Source: Bacillota bacterium (lineage in GTDB: Bacteria > Bacillota > Clostridia > Christensenellales > CAG-138). From it: DNA of 51,207 bases. The position numbers and the translations under genes were made by a program. The first letter of the stretch is position 1; the number at the start of each line of letters is the position of its first letter. This document shows, one piece after another, positions 16,554 through 26,779 of this stretch. Below the pieces are notes generated by a model. The model ran no database searches and was not told where the DNA came from. It saw only the letters and a list, made by a program, of their open reading frames with translations. The stretch lies in the NCBI GenBank assembly GCA_023416895.1, contig JAEZGQ010000072.1, forward strand, positions 1-51,207, read 5' to 3'.

Positions 16554-17645
16554 TTACTCCGCATCCTCTTGCGGCGCATCCGCCGCATCGGGGTCGTAAA
16601 GGTCCACTTCCTGCTCGGCCTGCGATTGGCTCTTGATGTCGATCTTCCAACCTGTGAGCTTCGCGGCGAGGCGCACGTTCTGGCCTTCCTTGCCGATGGC
16701 GAGCGAAAGTTGGTTGTCCGGCACGATTACCTTGGCGGCCTTTTCCTCTTCGTTGATGTATACCATGAGGACGCGCGCCGGGCTCAACGCCTTTGCGATG
16801 TACACGGCGGAATCGCTGTCCCACTCGATGATGTCGATTTTTTCATTGTGAAGCTCGCCAACGATGCGCTCCACACGAATGCCCTTTTGCCCAACGCAGG
16901 CACCTACGGCATCTACCTGGGCGTCGTTTGAGTGTACGGCGACCTTTGTGCGGAAGCCCGCTTCACGCGCGATGGATTTGATCTGCACAACGCCGGTTTG
17001 AATTTCCGGCACCTCAAGCTCGAACAGGCGCTTGACAAGCCCCGGATGCGTGCGCGACACGAGCACCTGCGGGCCTTTGTTGGTTTTGCGCACCTCAAGC
17101 ACATATACTTTGATGCGGTCGCTGGTGTTGTATTCCTCGCCCGGAATGGTCTCGTTTGCGGAAAGAAGCCCGTCGGTACGGCCAAGCTCCACATACACGC
17201 CGTTTTTCTCGGCGCGCTGTACGATGGCTGTGAGGACTTCGTTTTCTTTTTCCACGAATTCGTCGAAGATCACGCCGCGCTCAGCCTCGCGAATGCGCTG
17301 TACAACCACCTGCTTTGCGGTCTGCGCCGCAATGCGGCCAAAGCTCTTGGGGCTTATTTCCTCCTCGAGCACGTCGCCCACCTCGTAAAGATGGTTGATT
17401 TGGCGCGCCTTTTCGAGGGAAATCTCAACGTGCGGGTTTTCAATGTGTTCCACCACCGTTTTGGATGCGAAAATCTGCACTTCGCCGGTTTCCCTGTCAA
17501 CCACCGCGCGTACGTTTCCCGACGAACCGGAGTTACGCTTATATGCCGCGATGAGCGCGGATTCGAATGCGTCGATGAGAATATCCTTGCTTATTTTTCG
17601 GTCCTTTTCTATTGCGTTGAGCGCCTCGATGAATTCGGCATTCAT
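16554..17645 (-). CDS. nusA: Transcription termination/antitermination factor NusA
   Basis: The N-terminal domain is followed by S1 and two KH regions (RTKVAVHSNDAQVDAVGACVGQKGIRV; LSLAIGKEGQNVRLAAKLTGWKIDI). The start was trimmed to ATG 17645 (MNAEFIEALN). Confidence 0.95.
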   Translation of the reverse strand: MNAEFIEALNAIEKDRKISKDILIDAFESALIAAYKRNSGSSGNVRAVVDRETGEVQIFASKTVVEHIENPHVEISLEKARQINHLYEVGDVLEEEISPKSFGRIAAQTAKQVVVQRIREAERGVIFDEFVEKENEVLTAIVQRAEKNGVYVELGRTDGLLSANETIPGEEYNTSDRIKVYVLEVRKTNKGPQVLVSRTHPGLVKRLFELEVPEIQTGVVQIKSIAREAGFRTKVAVHSNDAQVDAVGACVGQKGIRVERIVGELHNEKIDIIEWDSDSAVYIAKALSPARVLMVYINEEEKAAKVIVPDNQLSLAIGKEGQNVRLAAKLTGWKIDIKSQSQAEQEVDLYDPDAADAPQEDAE

Positions 17646-17724
17646 GGTGTTCTCTCCCTTGCTGTGATAATATATCAATTCATTTTGTTTTGTGTTCGGG
17701 CGGGCTTAAAAAATGGCAACGCAG

Positions 17725-18180
17725 CTAGAACTCCAGATGCGGCCTTACAAGCGACACATCCTTGCGCTTGAAGACAAGCTCCGCGCCATCTTTCAATTGC
17801 AGCGTGAAGCTCTCCGCGTCGAAGCGCAAAAGCGTGCCGAAGTATTCTTTTTTCTTGTTGATGGGCGCGTACAGCCTGACGTCCACGACTTTAGAAAGGT
17901 TGCGCTGAAAATCCCTGTCCTTTTTGAGCGGCCTATCAAGGCCGATGGATGAAACGCTTAAATAATACGCCTGCTCGATAGGATCCGACTCATCGAGAAT
18001 GGGTTCCACCGCACGGCTGACCTTTTCACAGTCGTCGAGCGTAACGGGATTGGGTGCATCCAGATAGAGTGTAAGTACCCAGTTGCCCTGTTCTTTTTTG
18101 TACTCGACCTCGTCGAGTTCGTAACCCATTGCGGTAACGGTGGGGCGCAGCAGTGCGTCAATGGCCTCGATGGTTCGCAA
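17725..18180 (-). CDS. rimP: Ribosome maturation factor RimP
   Basis: The sequence LLRPTVTAMGYELDEVEYKKEQGNWVLTLYLD fits RimP, and the gene lies upstream of nusA. TTG 18180 sits 5 nt after AGGAGGG. The track start 18222 lies inside the leader hairpin. Confidence 0.8.
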   Translation of the reverse strand: MRTIEAIDALLRPTVTAMGYELDEVEYKKEQGNWVLTLYLDAPNPVTLDDCEKVSRAVEPILDESDPIEQAYYLSVSSIGLDRPLKKDRDFQRNLSKVVDVRLYAPINKKKEYFGTLLRFDAESFTLQLKDGAELVFKRKDVSLVRPHLEF

Positions 18181-18193
18181 AAAAACCCTCCTG

Positions 18194-18227
18194 TCAAAAC
18201 GAAAGAGTGGGATTACGCCCACTCTTT
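18194..18227 (-). promoter_or_regulatory. rimP-operon leader hairpin (terminator-shaped; candidate attenuator and polC read-through stop)
   Basis: The minus-strand RNA reads AAAGAGTGGG-CGTAAT-CCCACTCTTT, followed by CGTTTTGAC. It lies between the promoter at 18263..18292 and the rimP SD AGGAGGG. Confidence 0.55.
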
Positions 18228-18262
18228 GCTACCAAACCGGCAATCATGCCGCCAACGCAAGG

Positions 18263-18292
18263 ATTATACCATACCTGTCCGCACAAAAGCAA
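18263..18292 (-). promoter_or_regulatory. Candidate sigma-A promoter of the rimP-nusA-infB operon, with an extended -10
   Basis: On the minus strand, -35 TTGCTT (18287..18292) and TGgTATAAT (-10 at 18263..18268) are separated by an 18-nt spacer. Confidence 0.6.
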
Positions 18293-18335
18293 GAACAATG
18301 TTGGGAAGCTTTGTCTTTACAAGAAATTCCCGCAG

Positions 18336-21300
18336 TTAAAACAGGCTCAGTTGGTTGGTTTCGGGCAAGCCTTCAAGGCAGCCGGACTCGCATAAGGTCT
18401 TGACGACCGCGCTGTTGGCGCGCGTGCGCATACGAAACTCTTCAAGCGAAGCGTAGGGTTGGCCGTTTTGCGCGTTGGCAATGGAAACCGCCGCGTTTTC
18501 GCCCACGCCCGCCACCGCCAGAAACGGTGGGCGAAGCGCCCCGTTTTCGATTTTAAACTCCTTGGCGGCGGACTTATAGACGTCCACCTCCAAAAGTTCA
18601 ATGCCGCGAAGGTTCATTTCATACACCACCTCGAGAATGGTCAAAAGGTCCTTTTGCTTTTGCTCGAGGTCGTTTTCGTTCTTACGCATGTCCTTGATGC
18701 GCCTTAAAACAGCATCCGCGCCGCCCGTGGCGTACGCGATGTCGAACGCGTCCGCACGCACGGTGAAGTAGGTGGCATAAAATTCGAGCGGGTAATACAC
18801 CTTGTAATAGGCTACGCGAAACGCCATCATTACATACGCGGCGGCGTGCGCGCGCGGGAACATGTACTTGATTTTTTTGCACGAACCGATGAACCATTCC
18901 GGCACCACACCGTTTCTCATGGCGTTTTCCATTTCCTCTGAAACGCCCTTGCCCTTTCGCACGTTTTCCATGATCTTAAACGACATGGAGGGCTCGAGCC
19001 CGCAGCGTATAAGGTAGTTCATAATATCATCTCGCGTGCAGATGACCTGCGAGAGCGTGGCAATGCCTTTTTCTACAAGCTCCTGCGCGTTGCCAAGCCA
19101 CACGTCCGTGCCGTGGGAAAGGCCCGAAATGCGCACAAGCTCCTCCATGGTCGTGGGGCGCGTCATCATGAGGATTTTTTCGCGTACGAACACCGTGCCG
19201 AATTCCGGCACCGCAAGGCTTCCAACGTCAAACCCAAGCTCCTTGAGAGAAACGCCCAAAGGCTCATCGGAGCTGAAAAGGCGCATCACGTTTTTGTCGT
19301 CGAGCGGTATGGTTTTGGGGTCAAGCCCGGTCAAGTCCTGAAGCATCCTGAGGGCCGTCGGATCGTCGTGGCCGAGGATGTCGAGCTTTACGAGCTTATC
19401 GTCCATTGCGTGAAAGTCAAAATGCGTGGTGATGATGTTTTTCTCTTTGTTGTCGGCCGGATATTGGATGGGCGTAAACTCCATGATGTCCATCTCCTCC
19501 GGCACGATCACGATGCCGCCCGGATGCTGGCCCGTGGTGCGTTTCACACCCGTACAGCCTTTCACGAGGCGGTCCACCTCCTCGCGCGAGGCGACGATTT
19601 TGTTTTCGTCGCAGTAGGACTTCACGTAGCCGTAAACGGTTTTGTCCTGCAAGCCGGAAATGGTGCCCGCGCGAAACGCGTGCCCCTCGCCGAACATGAC
19701 CTCTGTAAATTTATGCGCCACCGGCTGGTATTCGCCGGAAAAGTTCAAATCGATATCGGGCGTTTTGTCGCCCTTGAAGCCCAAAAACACCTCGAAGGGA
19801 ATGTCGTAGCCGAGCTTAAGGTATTGCGCGCCGCAGACGGGGCAGCATTTATCGGGCATATCCACGCCGCAGGCGTATTTGTCGCGGTCCACATCGAACT
19901 CGCTGTGACGGCAATTCGGGCAGGCGTAGTGCGGCGCGAGCGGGTTCACCTCTGTGATGCCGGCCATGGTCGCTACAAACGAGGAGCCCACAGAGCCGCG
20001 CGAGCCCACAAGGTACCCGTCGGAAAGTGATTTTTGCACGAGCCGCTGCGCCATGAGGTAGAGAGACGCATAGCCGTTGCCGATGATGGAATTGAGCTCC
20101 TTATCGAGCCTTTTTTGCACGATTTCGGGCAGCTCGTCGCCGTAAAGCTCGTGTGCACGGTTCAGCGCCATTTGGGTAAGCTCCTCGTTCGCGCCGGGGA
20201 ACGTGGGCGCGTAGGTGCGCTTTTCATCCAAAAACGGTTTCATGCGCTCGCAGCTTTCCGCGATGGCGTTGGGGTTATGCACCACCACCTCAAGTGCCCT
20301 GTCCTCACCGAGATAGGAAAACTCCTCGAGCATTTCGTCGGTGGTTTTAAAGTAGAGCGGTGCCTGCTGCTCAGCATCCTTAAAGTCGCGCGAATGCATG
20401 ATAATCGCGCGGAAGATCGAATCTTCGGGATTTAGAAAATGCACGTCGCCCGTGGCGACCACGGGTTTTTGAAGCTTATCGCCCAACGCGAGGACTCGGC
20501 GGTTGAGATCCCTTAAGCCCTCCTCGTCTTTCACCTTGCCGTCGCGCACAAGAAACTCGTTGTTGCCGATGGGTTGAATTTCAAGATAATCGTAAAACGA
20601 CGCGACCGCTTCAAGCGTCGCCTCGTCCTTATCGTCGAGCACGGCCCGAAACACCTCGCCCGCCTCGCATGCGGAGCCCACAATGATACCCTCGCGGTGT
20701 ATGTTGAGTAGGCTTCTTGGTATTTGCGGCACCTTTTTGAGGTGATCAAGGTGCGCGTAAGAAACGAGCCGGTAAAGGTTCATAAGCCCCTCGTGGTTTT
20801 TGGCGAGGAGGATGATGTGGAAGTTGGAACGCTGCCCCTTCACATGCGGCGGCGGGTCGCAATCACAAAGCGGAATGCGCTCCACATGGTTTTCCATAAG
20901 CTTTTTAAAAAGCGTATTTGCAATGCCGCTCAGTAGCTCCGCGCTTTCAAGCGCGCCAAAACGACCGCTTTCCGCGTGGGCAACGCCGAACGAGCGCGCC
21001 GCGGAAGCGAGCGTTTTTTCCTTTATGCTTCGGTCGAGATAATGCGCGAGCATGCCCACGTCCACGTAAAGTTTACCGAGGTCGATCAAACAATCGTCCG
21101 CGCAGGCGCAAAGAAGCTTTAGCTCCGCGCCGTCAAACAGCACCTTGGTGCTGCTGCCGCAAAACGCCGCAAGCTTTAAAAGTGCATCCTTGAGCGTACC
21201 CGCGTCCGAAAGCTCGTCCTGCGTAACGCCCGCGCGCTTCAAAAGCTTCGGCTCCACCGCCACGGAAGGGTTACAGAGCACGCAAAGCCGCTCGGTTATT

Positions 21301-22562
21301 CCCTCTTTTGTGAAGCGCACCGCGCCGATTTCAAAGATGTGCTCGCGCCCTATGCCCTTTGTGGCAAGGCACGACACGGCCACATAGCTTTCCTCCACGG
21401 GAATGAGCGTGCAATCCGGCATGAGGTACCCCTCAACGCCGAGCACAACCTTAATGTCTTTGCCGCTCTTTTTGAGCTTTTCCGCGGCGGAAACCGCGGC
21501 GGGAAACGCCTGCACCACGCCGTGGTCGGTAATGGCGACCGCGCTGTGGCCAAAGCGGGCGGCTGTGTTTATGGCGTCCTCAGGTTTTACAAGCCCGTCC
21601 ATCGACGACATCTGCGTATGCAGGTGCAGCTCCACACGCTTTTTTTCACATTTATCCTCGCGGCGCGGCTTTTGCACGCGGTTGACCGAATCCGGAAACA
21701 GGCACATGCGCCCCAAAAACTGGTCGAGCCGGTATGGCCCGTGCAGCACGAGGTAATCCCCATCTTTCTGCACGGCCTCGATCTTTTCAAAAAGCTTTTC
21801 CTGCCCTTTTTTAAAAAACAGCTTGAAGAGCGTGGTGCCCGTAAGGTCGGTAACGGCGGCGTTGATGATGCCGCCCTCCGTCTTGGTGGGGCGAAGCTCC
21901 AAGCTGACAATTTCCCCTTGTATGGTCACAGTTCCCGAGGTTTCGTTGAGCTCGCTCTGCTTGATGAGCTTGTCCATGCGGATGGTGCTTCCCAAAATGA
22001 CCTCCGCGCCGTCTTTCTTTTTTGCGGCGGGTTTTGCGGCCTTTTGCACCTCCTCGCGATAAAGTTCCTCGGGGTCTGCGCCGATGGGCGGCGTAAGTTC
22101 GCTATCGCCGACCACGCAAAGCTCGGGCGTAGTGCCGTATTTTTTTTGTAGATGCCCCAGAAAAGCCTCTATCTCCGGCTCGGTGCAAAACTTACCAATA
22201 AGGCTTTCGGGAATGCACACCTCCACGGTTTCGCCGTTGAGCTGCCAACGCGAGCAAACGAGCGCCGGCCGCACGAACGGGTTCAAATCGCACCATTCCC
22301 TTTTTAAGGCTTCTGCCTTTTCTTCAAAGCTTTCAAAAAGTGCAAGCTCCGCTTGCGAAAGCTCAAAGCGAAGCTCCAGGGAGCAGCCGCCCATGAGCTT
22401 CTCCATGCCGCTTTTTATGCTTTCACGCGCCGATGCCGGAAGCGGTTTTTTTAAAAGAACCGAGGCCTCAACCTTATTCGCTTTGGCGTGCAGGCGTATA
22501 TCCGTAACTTCGGCGTCGTCGGCGCCGTTTTGTAAAAAGATCGTTTTCAGTCGTTCATCCAT
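18336..22562 (-). CDS. polC: DNA polymerase III alpha subunit, PolC type
   Basis: The protein is 1408 aa. It has PHP motifs (ELHLHTQMSSMDG), an internal 3'-5' exonuclease insert and a Pol III core (GSVGSSFVATMAGITEVNPL, a Zn-finger CPNC...CPVC). This is a Bacillota hallmark. Confidence 0.95.
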   Translation of the reverse strand: MDERLKTIFLQNGADDAEVTDIRLHAKANKVEASVLLKKPLPASARESIKSGMEKLMGGCSLELRFELSQAELALFESFEEKAEALKREWCDLNPFVRPALVCSRWQLNGETVEVCIPESLIGKFCTEPEIEAFLGHLQKKYGTTPELCVVGDSELTPPIGADPEELYREEVQKAAKPAAKKKDGAEVILGSTIRMDKLIKQSELNETSGTVTIQGEIVSLELRPTKTEGGIINAAVTDLTGTTLFKLFFKKGQEKLFEKIEAVQKDGDYLVLHGPYRLDQFLGRMCLFPDSVNRVQKPRREDKCEKKRVELHLHTQMSSMDGLVKPEDAINTAARFGHSAVAITDHGVVQAFPAAVSAAEKLKKSGKDIKVVLGVEGYLMPDCTLIPVEESYVAVSCLATKGIGREHIFEIGAVRFTKEGITERLCVLCNPSVAVEPKLLKRAGVTQDELSDAGTLKDALLKLAAFCGSSTKVLFDGAELKLLCACADDCLIDLGKLYVDVGMLAHYLDRSIKEKTLASAARSFGVAHAESGRFGALESAELLSGIANTLFKKLMENHVERIPLCDCDPPPHVKGQRSNFHIILLAKNHEGLMNLYRLVSYAHLDHLKKVPQIPRSLLNIHREGIIVGSACEAGEVFRAVLDDKDEATLEAVASFYDYLEIQPIGNNEFLVRDGKVKDEEGLRDLNRRVLALGDKLQKPVVATGDVHFLNPEDSIFRAIIMHSRDFKDAEQQAPLYFKTTDEMLEEFSYLGEDRALEVVVHNPNAIAESCERMKPFLDEKRTYAPTFPGANEELTQMALNRAHELYGDELPEIVQKRLDKELNSIIGNGYASLYLMAQRLVQKSLSDGYLVGSRGSVGSSFVATMAGITEVNPLAPHYACPNCRHSEFDVDRDKYACGVDMPDKCCPVCGAQYLKLGYDIPFEVFLGFKGDKTPDIDLNFSGEYQPVAHKFTEVMFGEGHAFRAGTISGLQDKTVYGYVKSYCDENKIVASREEVDRLVKGCTGVKRTTGQHPGGIVIVPEEMDIMEFTPIQYPADNKEKNIITTHFDFHAMDDKLVKLDILGHDDPTALRMLQDLTGLDPKTIPLDDKNVMRLFSSDEPLGVSLKELGFDVGSLAVPEFGTVFVREKILMMTRPTTMEELVRISGLSHGTDVWLGNAQELVEKGIATLSQVICTRDDIMNYLIRCGLEPSMSFKIMENVRKGKGVSEEMENAMRNGVVPEWFIGSCKKIKYMFPRAHAAAYVMMAFRVAYYKVYYPLEFYATYFTVRADAFDIAYATGGADAVLRRIKDMRKNENDLEQKQKDLLTILEVVYEMNLRGIELLEVDVYKSAAKEFKIENGALRPPFLAVAGVGENAAVSIANAQNGQPYASLEEFRMRTRANSAVVKTLCESGCLEGLPETNQLSLF

Positions 22563-22567
22563 GGCGT

Positions 22568-23623
22568 TTAGTCTAACATCTCTTTGGCGGCTTGCAAAAA
22601 CTGTTCCACAACCTCGGGCAAGGGGCCCGAGAACTCGCGCTCGCCATGCTTGAACACCACGGCGTTGTTTTCGCCGAAGGCGATACCGATGTCGGCCTCC
22701 TTGGCTTCGCCCGGGCCGTTTACCGCGCAGCCCATCACCGCAACCTTAAGGTAACCTTTGTCGTTTGGTAGCTCCTCCGTTACACGCCGTGCAACCGTTT
22801 CAAGGTCCACCTTGCACCTGCCGCAGGTAGGACAGCTCACAAGCTCAACGCCCTCCTTGCGAAGTCCCACGCTGCGCAAAATCATTTGCGCGGCCTTCAC
22901 CTCAAGCGCAGGATCTCCTGTGAGGGAAACGCGAAATGTATCGCCAATGCCCTCTAAAAGAAGCGAGCCGATGCCGATCGCACTTTTAACAAGCGCCGCC
23001 GCCGCAAGCCCCGCCTCCGTTACACCAAGGTGCAGAGGATAATCACAGCGCATATCCGCCATGCGGTAGGCCGCGACCGTATCCGGTACGTTGGAAGCCT
23101 TGATCGAAATGACGGTGTCGTAGAAATTCTCACGCTCCAAAATGGCTGCGTGCTTGAGCGCGCTTTCCACCATCGCCTCAGGCGTAGGCCCGTTGAAGCG
23201 CTCGAGCATGCTCTTTTCGAGTGAGCCCGCGTTAACGCCAATGCGCACGGGAACGCGAAGATCCTTCGCGCACGCCACAAGCTCGCGCACATTGGCAACG
23301 TTGCCGATGTTACCGGGGTTAAAGCGTATTTTGTGGACGCCGTTTTTCATGGCGCCGATGGCGAGTTTGTAGTCGAAATGAATGTCCGCGACGAGCGGTA
23401 TGGAAATGCGCTCCAAAATGGCGGGGATAGCGTTCACGCAATCCTCGTTGTAAACCGAAACGCGCACGATTTCGCAGCCGGCGCGTTCAAGCCGCTTAAT
23501 TTGCTCCACGGTGGCTTCAACATTTGCCGTATCGGTATTGGTCATGGATTGTATGGTAATGGGCGAACCGCCACCCATGGAAACGTTTTTCACCACGACG
23601 GAACGCTTAATTTTTCGTAGCAT
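22568..23623 (-). CDS. ispG: 4-hydroxy-3-methylbut-2-enyl diphosphate synthase
   Basis: It has GGGSPITIQSMTNT, RVSVYN and the C-terminal Fe-S cysteines (SCPTCGRC...MGCAVNGPGE). The start was trimmed to ATG 23623. Confidence 0.9.
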   Translation of the reverse strand: MLRKIKRSVVVKNVSMGGGSPITIQSMTNTDTANVEATVEQIKRLERAGCEIVRVSVYNEDCVNAIPAILERISIPLVADIHFDYKLAIGAMKNGVHKIRFNPGNIGNVANVRELVACAKDLRVPVRIGVNAGSLEKSMLERFNGPTPEAMVESALKHAAILERENFYDTVISIKASNVPDTVAAYRMADMRCDYPLHLGVTEAGLAAAALVKSAIGIGSLLLEGIGDTFRVSLTGDPALEVKAAQMILRSVGLRKEGVELVSCPTCGRCKVDLETVARRVTEELPNDKGYLKVAVMGCAVNGPGEAKEADIGIAFGENNAVVFKHGEREFSGPLPEVVEQFLQAAKEMLD

Positions 23624-23691
23624 GTTTTTTACCCCCATCTTTCGTGCTGCTTTTGCCCCCAACGAAGCACAATGCGCTATGCTTACGCGGC

Positions 23692-24732
23692 TCAGCCTCC
23701 GAACAGGCCAGATACGTCCTTTACGACGAGATACGCCATGAGCGCCATCAAAAGAACGAATCCCACAAAGTGCACCACGCCCTCACGCTGCGGCGCAACG
23801 GGTTTGCCGCGCACCATTTCCACGAGCATGAACGAAAGCCTTCCGCCGTCGAGCGCGGGAAACGGGAGAATATTAATGAACCCAAGGTTTACGCTGATGA
23901 GAACCGCAAGCCGCAGCACCGTTTCAAACCCAAGCCGCACAGCCTGTGCGATGGTCGTGATGGTGCCCACAGGCCCCACAACGTCGCCGCTTTGCACGGT
24001 GCCTTGGAATACGGTGCCCAAGAACTTCACCATTTCAATCAGCATCGACCACACGTAGCCAAACGAGCGACCGCAAGCTTCAAAGAAGCCAAAATGAACG
24101 CGGGCGTAGTCGATTTGGATGCCGAGCATGTTGCGCCCGTCCGCCTGACTGTAAAAGTCATGCACGGTCACGGTGACGCGTTCGCCGTTTCGAAGTACCG
24201 TTACGGGGCTTTGCTCGCTGTTTGCGCCAACGATAAAATCGGTCGCCTGCGTGTAATACATGATCTCATGTCCATCCACGTTTACGAGGATATCGCCCGG
24301 CAAAAGCCCGGCTTCCTCCGCGGGAGAATTTTCAAAGCTGAATTCCTGAATCTGCGGCAGGTAATCCCCATACGCCACAAGCGCAACGATGGCGAAAATT
24401 ATTGCGAAGATAAAGTTCATTACCGGCCCGGCTAGCACCACCAAAAAGCGTTTCCACACCTTTTGCGCGTTGAACGGAATTCCTGCTGCGGTACCGGCAG
24501 GCAAATCTTCATCCTCGCCGTAAAAGCGGCACATGCCGCCGATAGGGAGCGCGCGAAGCGCATAATCGATGCCTTTTCTCTTGACCTTAAAAACAACGGG
24601 CCCCATGCCCACCGCAAATTCCACAATGCCAAAGCCCAAAAGTCTGCCTACGCCGTAATGCCCGAGCTCGTGAACTACCACGAAAAAGCTCAGTACCACA
24701 AACGCCAGCAAAATGGATACAAACGTGCTCAT
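23692..24732 (-). CDS. rseP: RIP site-2 metalloprotease RseP/YluC
   Basis: HELGHY lies in the first TM helix, followed by a PDZ region (GLLPGDILVNVDG) and NLLPFPALDGG. The start was trimmed to ATG 24732. Confidence 0.9.
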   Translation of the reverse strand: MSTFVSILLAFVVLSFFVVVHELGHYGVGRLLGFGIVEFAVGMGPVVFKVKRKGIDYALRALPIGGMCRFYGEDEDLPAGTAAGIPFNAQKVWKRFLVVLAGPVMNFIFAIIFAIVALVAYGDYLPQIQEFSFENSPAEEAGLLPGDILVNVDGHEIMYYTQATDFIVGANSEQSPVTVLRNGERVTVTVHDFYSQADGRNMLGIQIDYARVHFGFFEACGRSFGYVWSMLIEMVKFLGTVFQGTVQSGDVVGPVGTITTIAQAVRLGFETVLRLAVLISVNLGFINILPFPALDGGRLSFMLVEMVRGKPVAPQREGVVHFVGFVLLMALMAYLVVKDVSGLFGG

Positions 24733-24813
24733 CGAGCAAACCGCCTTTCTTGCTGAAAAATAACCGCACACGCCGTCTTAGAGCATACATGCGCCTCCGC
24801 AAAACCGCGCGGT

Positions 24814-25962
24814 TCAGCGGGCAGCAACCTCTGCCGCGATGCGGCGCGCCTGCGCGTCCGATTGCAAAACGTCGTCAAGCGAAACGATGTTCGCGCGCGG
24901 CATACGCGCCATAACGGCTTCCACAAGCGCGGAAATGCCCAAAAACGAAAGCTCTCCGCGCATGAAACGCGAAACCGCAACCTCGTTTGCGGCATTGTAC
25001 GCTACGGGCAATACGTTTCCCTCTCTAAGCGCCTCGTATGCGAGAGGGATCGCGGGAAATACGTGCGTATCCGCAGCTTCAAAATGCAGCGCGCCGATTT
25101 CCTCGAGTCGAAGTGCCCCATAGCCTTCTGCCGCGCGCTTGGGATAGGCAAGCGCGTACAAAATGGCAAGGCGCATATCGGGCCTGCTCAACTGCGCGAT
25201 GTTTGCGCCGTCTGAAAACTCCACCATCGAGTGAACAACCGATTCCGGATGTACAAGCACAGCGATTTTATCGCCCGGGATGTTGAAGAGATAGCTCGCC
25301 TCCATCACCTCAAGCCCCTTGTTAAAAAGGGTGGCGCTATCGACGGTGATCTTGGCGCCCATGTTCCATGTGGGGTGTTTGGACGCCTGCGCGGGCGTAA
25401 CGCTTTCGAGTTGTTCTTTGGAACAGCCACGAAACGGCCCGCCGGAGGCGGTCAAAATAAGGCGCTTCACCTCGCGCTTTTTTCCCGCAAAGAGGCATTG
25501 AAACAGGGCGGACTGCTCGCTGTCCACAGGGAGAATGCGCCCCTTGCTGCGTTTTAGAACCTCGCTTAAGGGCTTGTGCGCGCACACCACGCTCTCCTTG
25601 TTGGCAAGCGCAACGTCCTTGTTGGCGTTGAGCGCCGCAAACAGCGGGCGCGTACCTGCAAAGCCCGAAATGCCGTTGACGACGATGTCCGTTTCATCGT
25701 ACGCGGCGCAAATTTCCGCCGCGTCCTTGCCCCAAATGAGATTTATGCCTTGGGGCAAATGTGCCTTTACTTCCCTTGCGGCGGCTTCGTCCGTTACGCC
25801 TACAAGGGAGGGCGAAAATTCTTTGACCTGCTCCAAAATGCGCGCGGCGTTCTTGTTCGCGCACAGCGCCGCAAGCTGAAACTCAGGATGCGCGCGAAGC
25901 ACGTCGAGCGTTTGCGTGCCGATGGAGCCGGTGCTGCCTAATACACTTACGCGTTTTACCAT
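24814..25962 (-). CDS. dxr: 1-deoxy-D-xylulose 5-phosphate reductoisomerase
   Basis: It has LGSTGSIGTQTLDV, LANKESVV and LPVDSEQSA. It lies in the uppS-cdsA-dxr-rseP synteny. The start was trimmed to ATG 25962. Confidence 0.9.
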   Translation of the reverse strand: MVKRVSVLGSTGSIGTQTLDVLRAHPEFQLAALCANKNAARILEQVKEFSPSLVGVTDEAAAREVKAHLPQGINLIWGKDAAEICAAYDETDIVVNGISGFAGTRPLFAALNANKDVALANKESVVCAHKPLSEVLKRSKGRILPVDSEQSALFQCLFAGKKREVKRLILTASGGPFRGCSKEQLESVTPAQASKHPTWNMGAKITVDSATLFNKGLEVMEASYLFNIPGDKIAVLVHPESVVHSMVEFSDGANIAQLSRPDMRLAILYALAYPKRAAEGYGALRLEEIGALHFEAADTHVFPAIPLAYEALREGNVLPVAYNAANEVAVSRFMRGELSFLGISALVEAVMARMPRANIVSLDDVLQSDAQARRIAAEVAAR

Positions 25963-26771
25963 ACCTGTATTCCGCAAATCAATGAAAAATAGACGTAGGC
26001 TATAGGCGCGCACATCAAAACGCTGTCGAGCCTGTCGAGCGTGCCACCATGCCCGGGAAAAATGCGCCCAAAATCTTTCACCTGCGCCCAGCGCTTGACC
26101 GACGAGGCGAAAAGATCGCCGATCTGACCGGTAGCGCCCATCAAAAACCCGAGAATGAGCATGTGGTGAAGCGGAAACGCGCCGTGAAACAGCAACTGCA
26201 CATAGTATGAAAGAAGCCCGCCCACGACCCCGCCCACAAGCCCACCGATGCTCCCCGCAACGGTTTTGTTGGGGCTAAGGTGCGGGCAAAGCTTGCGCTT
26301 GCCGAAAAATGTGCCGAAAAAATACGCGAACGTGTCCCCGAGAAGCGGCCCCGCAAACATCAAAAACATCGCTGTGCGGCTAAACGCATAGTCGGGATTC
26401 GCCACATTTTCTATCAGTATAGCATAAAGCGCAAGCGGATACACGAAAACAGCAAGTGACAAAAGTGTGTCCTGCGTATTGCGGTTTTTGTTGAACACGC
26501 GCTCAGCAAATACTGCAAACACGCAAAGGAAAAACAGCGCAATCTCCGCGGACGCGCCAAGGAATGCGCGCGCGGCGTAAAAAAGCGCCGCAAACGCGTA
26601 GGCGCTCCAGAGAAACGGAGAGACGCCCTTCGCCCTATATACGCCGCCCATTTCATGCACGCTCAAAAGTGCGAACAGCGTAAACGCAACGCCCTGTACG
26701 ATGCCCGAAAAATAGAGTACCGCCACAAACAAGGCGGCAAGAAACACCCCCACAACGATTCTCTTCCCCAT
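25956..26771 (-). CDS. cdsA: Phosphatidate cytidylyltransferase
   Basis: The protein is polytopic with a C-terminal signature SSVKRWAQVKDFGRIFPGHGGTLDRLDS. The start was trimmed to ATG 26771; the track extension to 26987 overlaps uppS. Confidence 0.85.
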   Translation of the reverse strand: MGKRIVVGVFLAALFVAVLYFSGIVQGVAFTLFALLSVHEMGGVYRAKGVSPFLWSAYAFAALFYAARAFLGASAEIALFFLCVFAVFAERVFNKNRNTQDTLLSLAVFVYPLALYAILIENVANPDYAFSRTAMFLMFAGPLLGDTFAYFFGTFFGKRKLCPHLSPNKTVAGSIGGLVGGVVGGLLSYYVQLLFHGAFPLHHMLILGFLMGATGQIGDLFASSVKRWAQVKDFGRIFPGHGGTLDRLDSVLMCAPIAYVYFSLICGIQVW

Positions 26772-26779
26772 AGTCCCCC

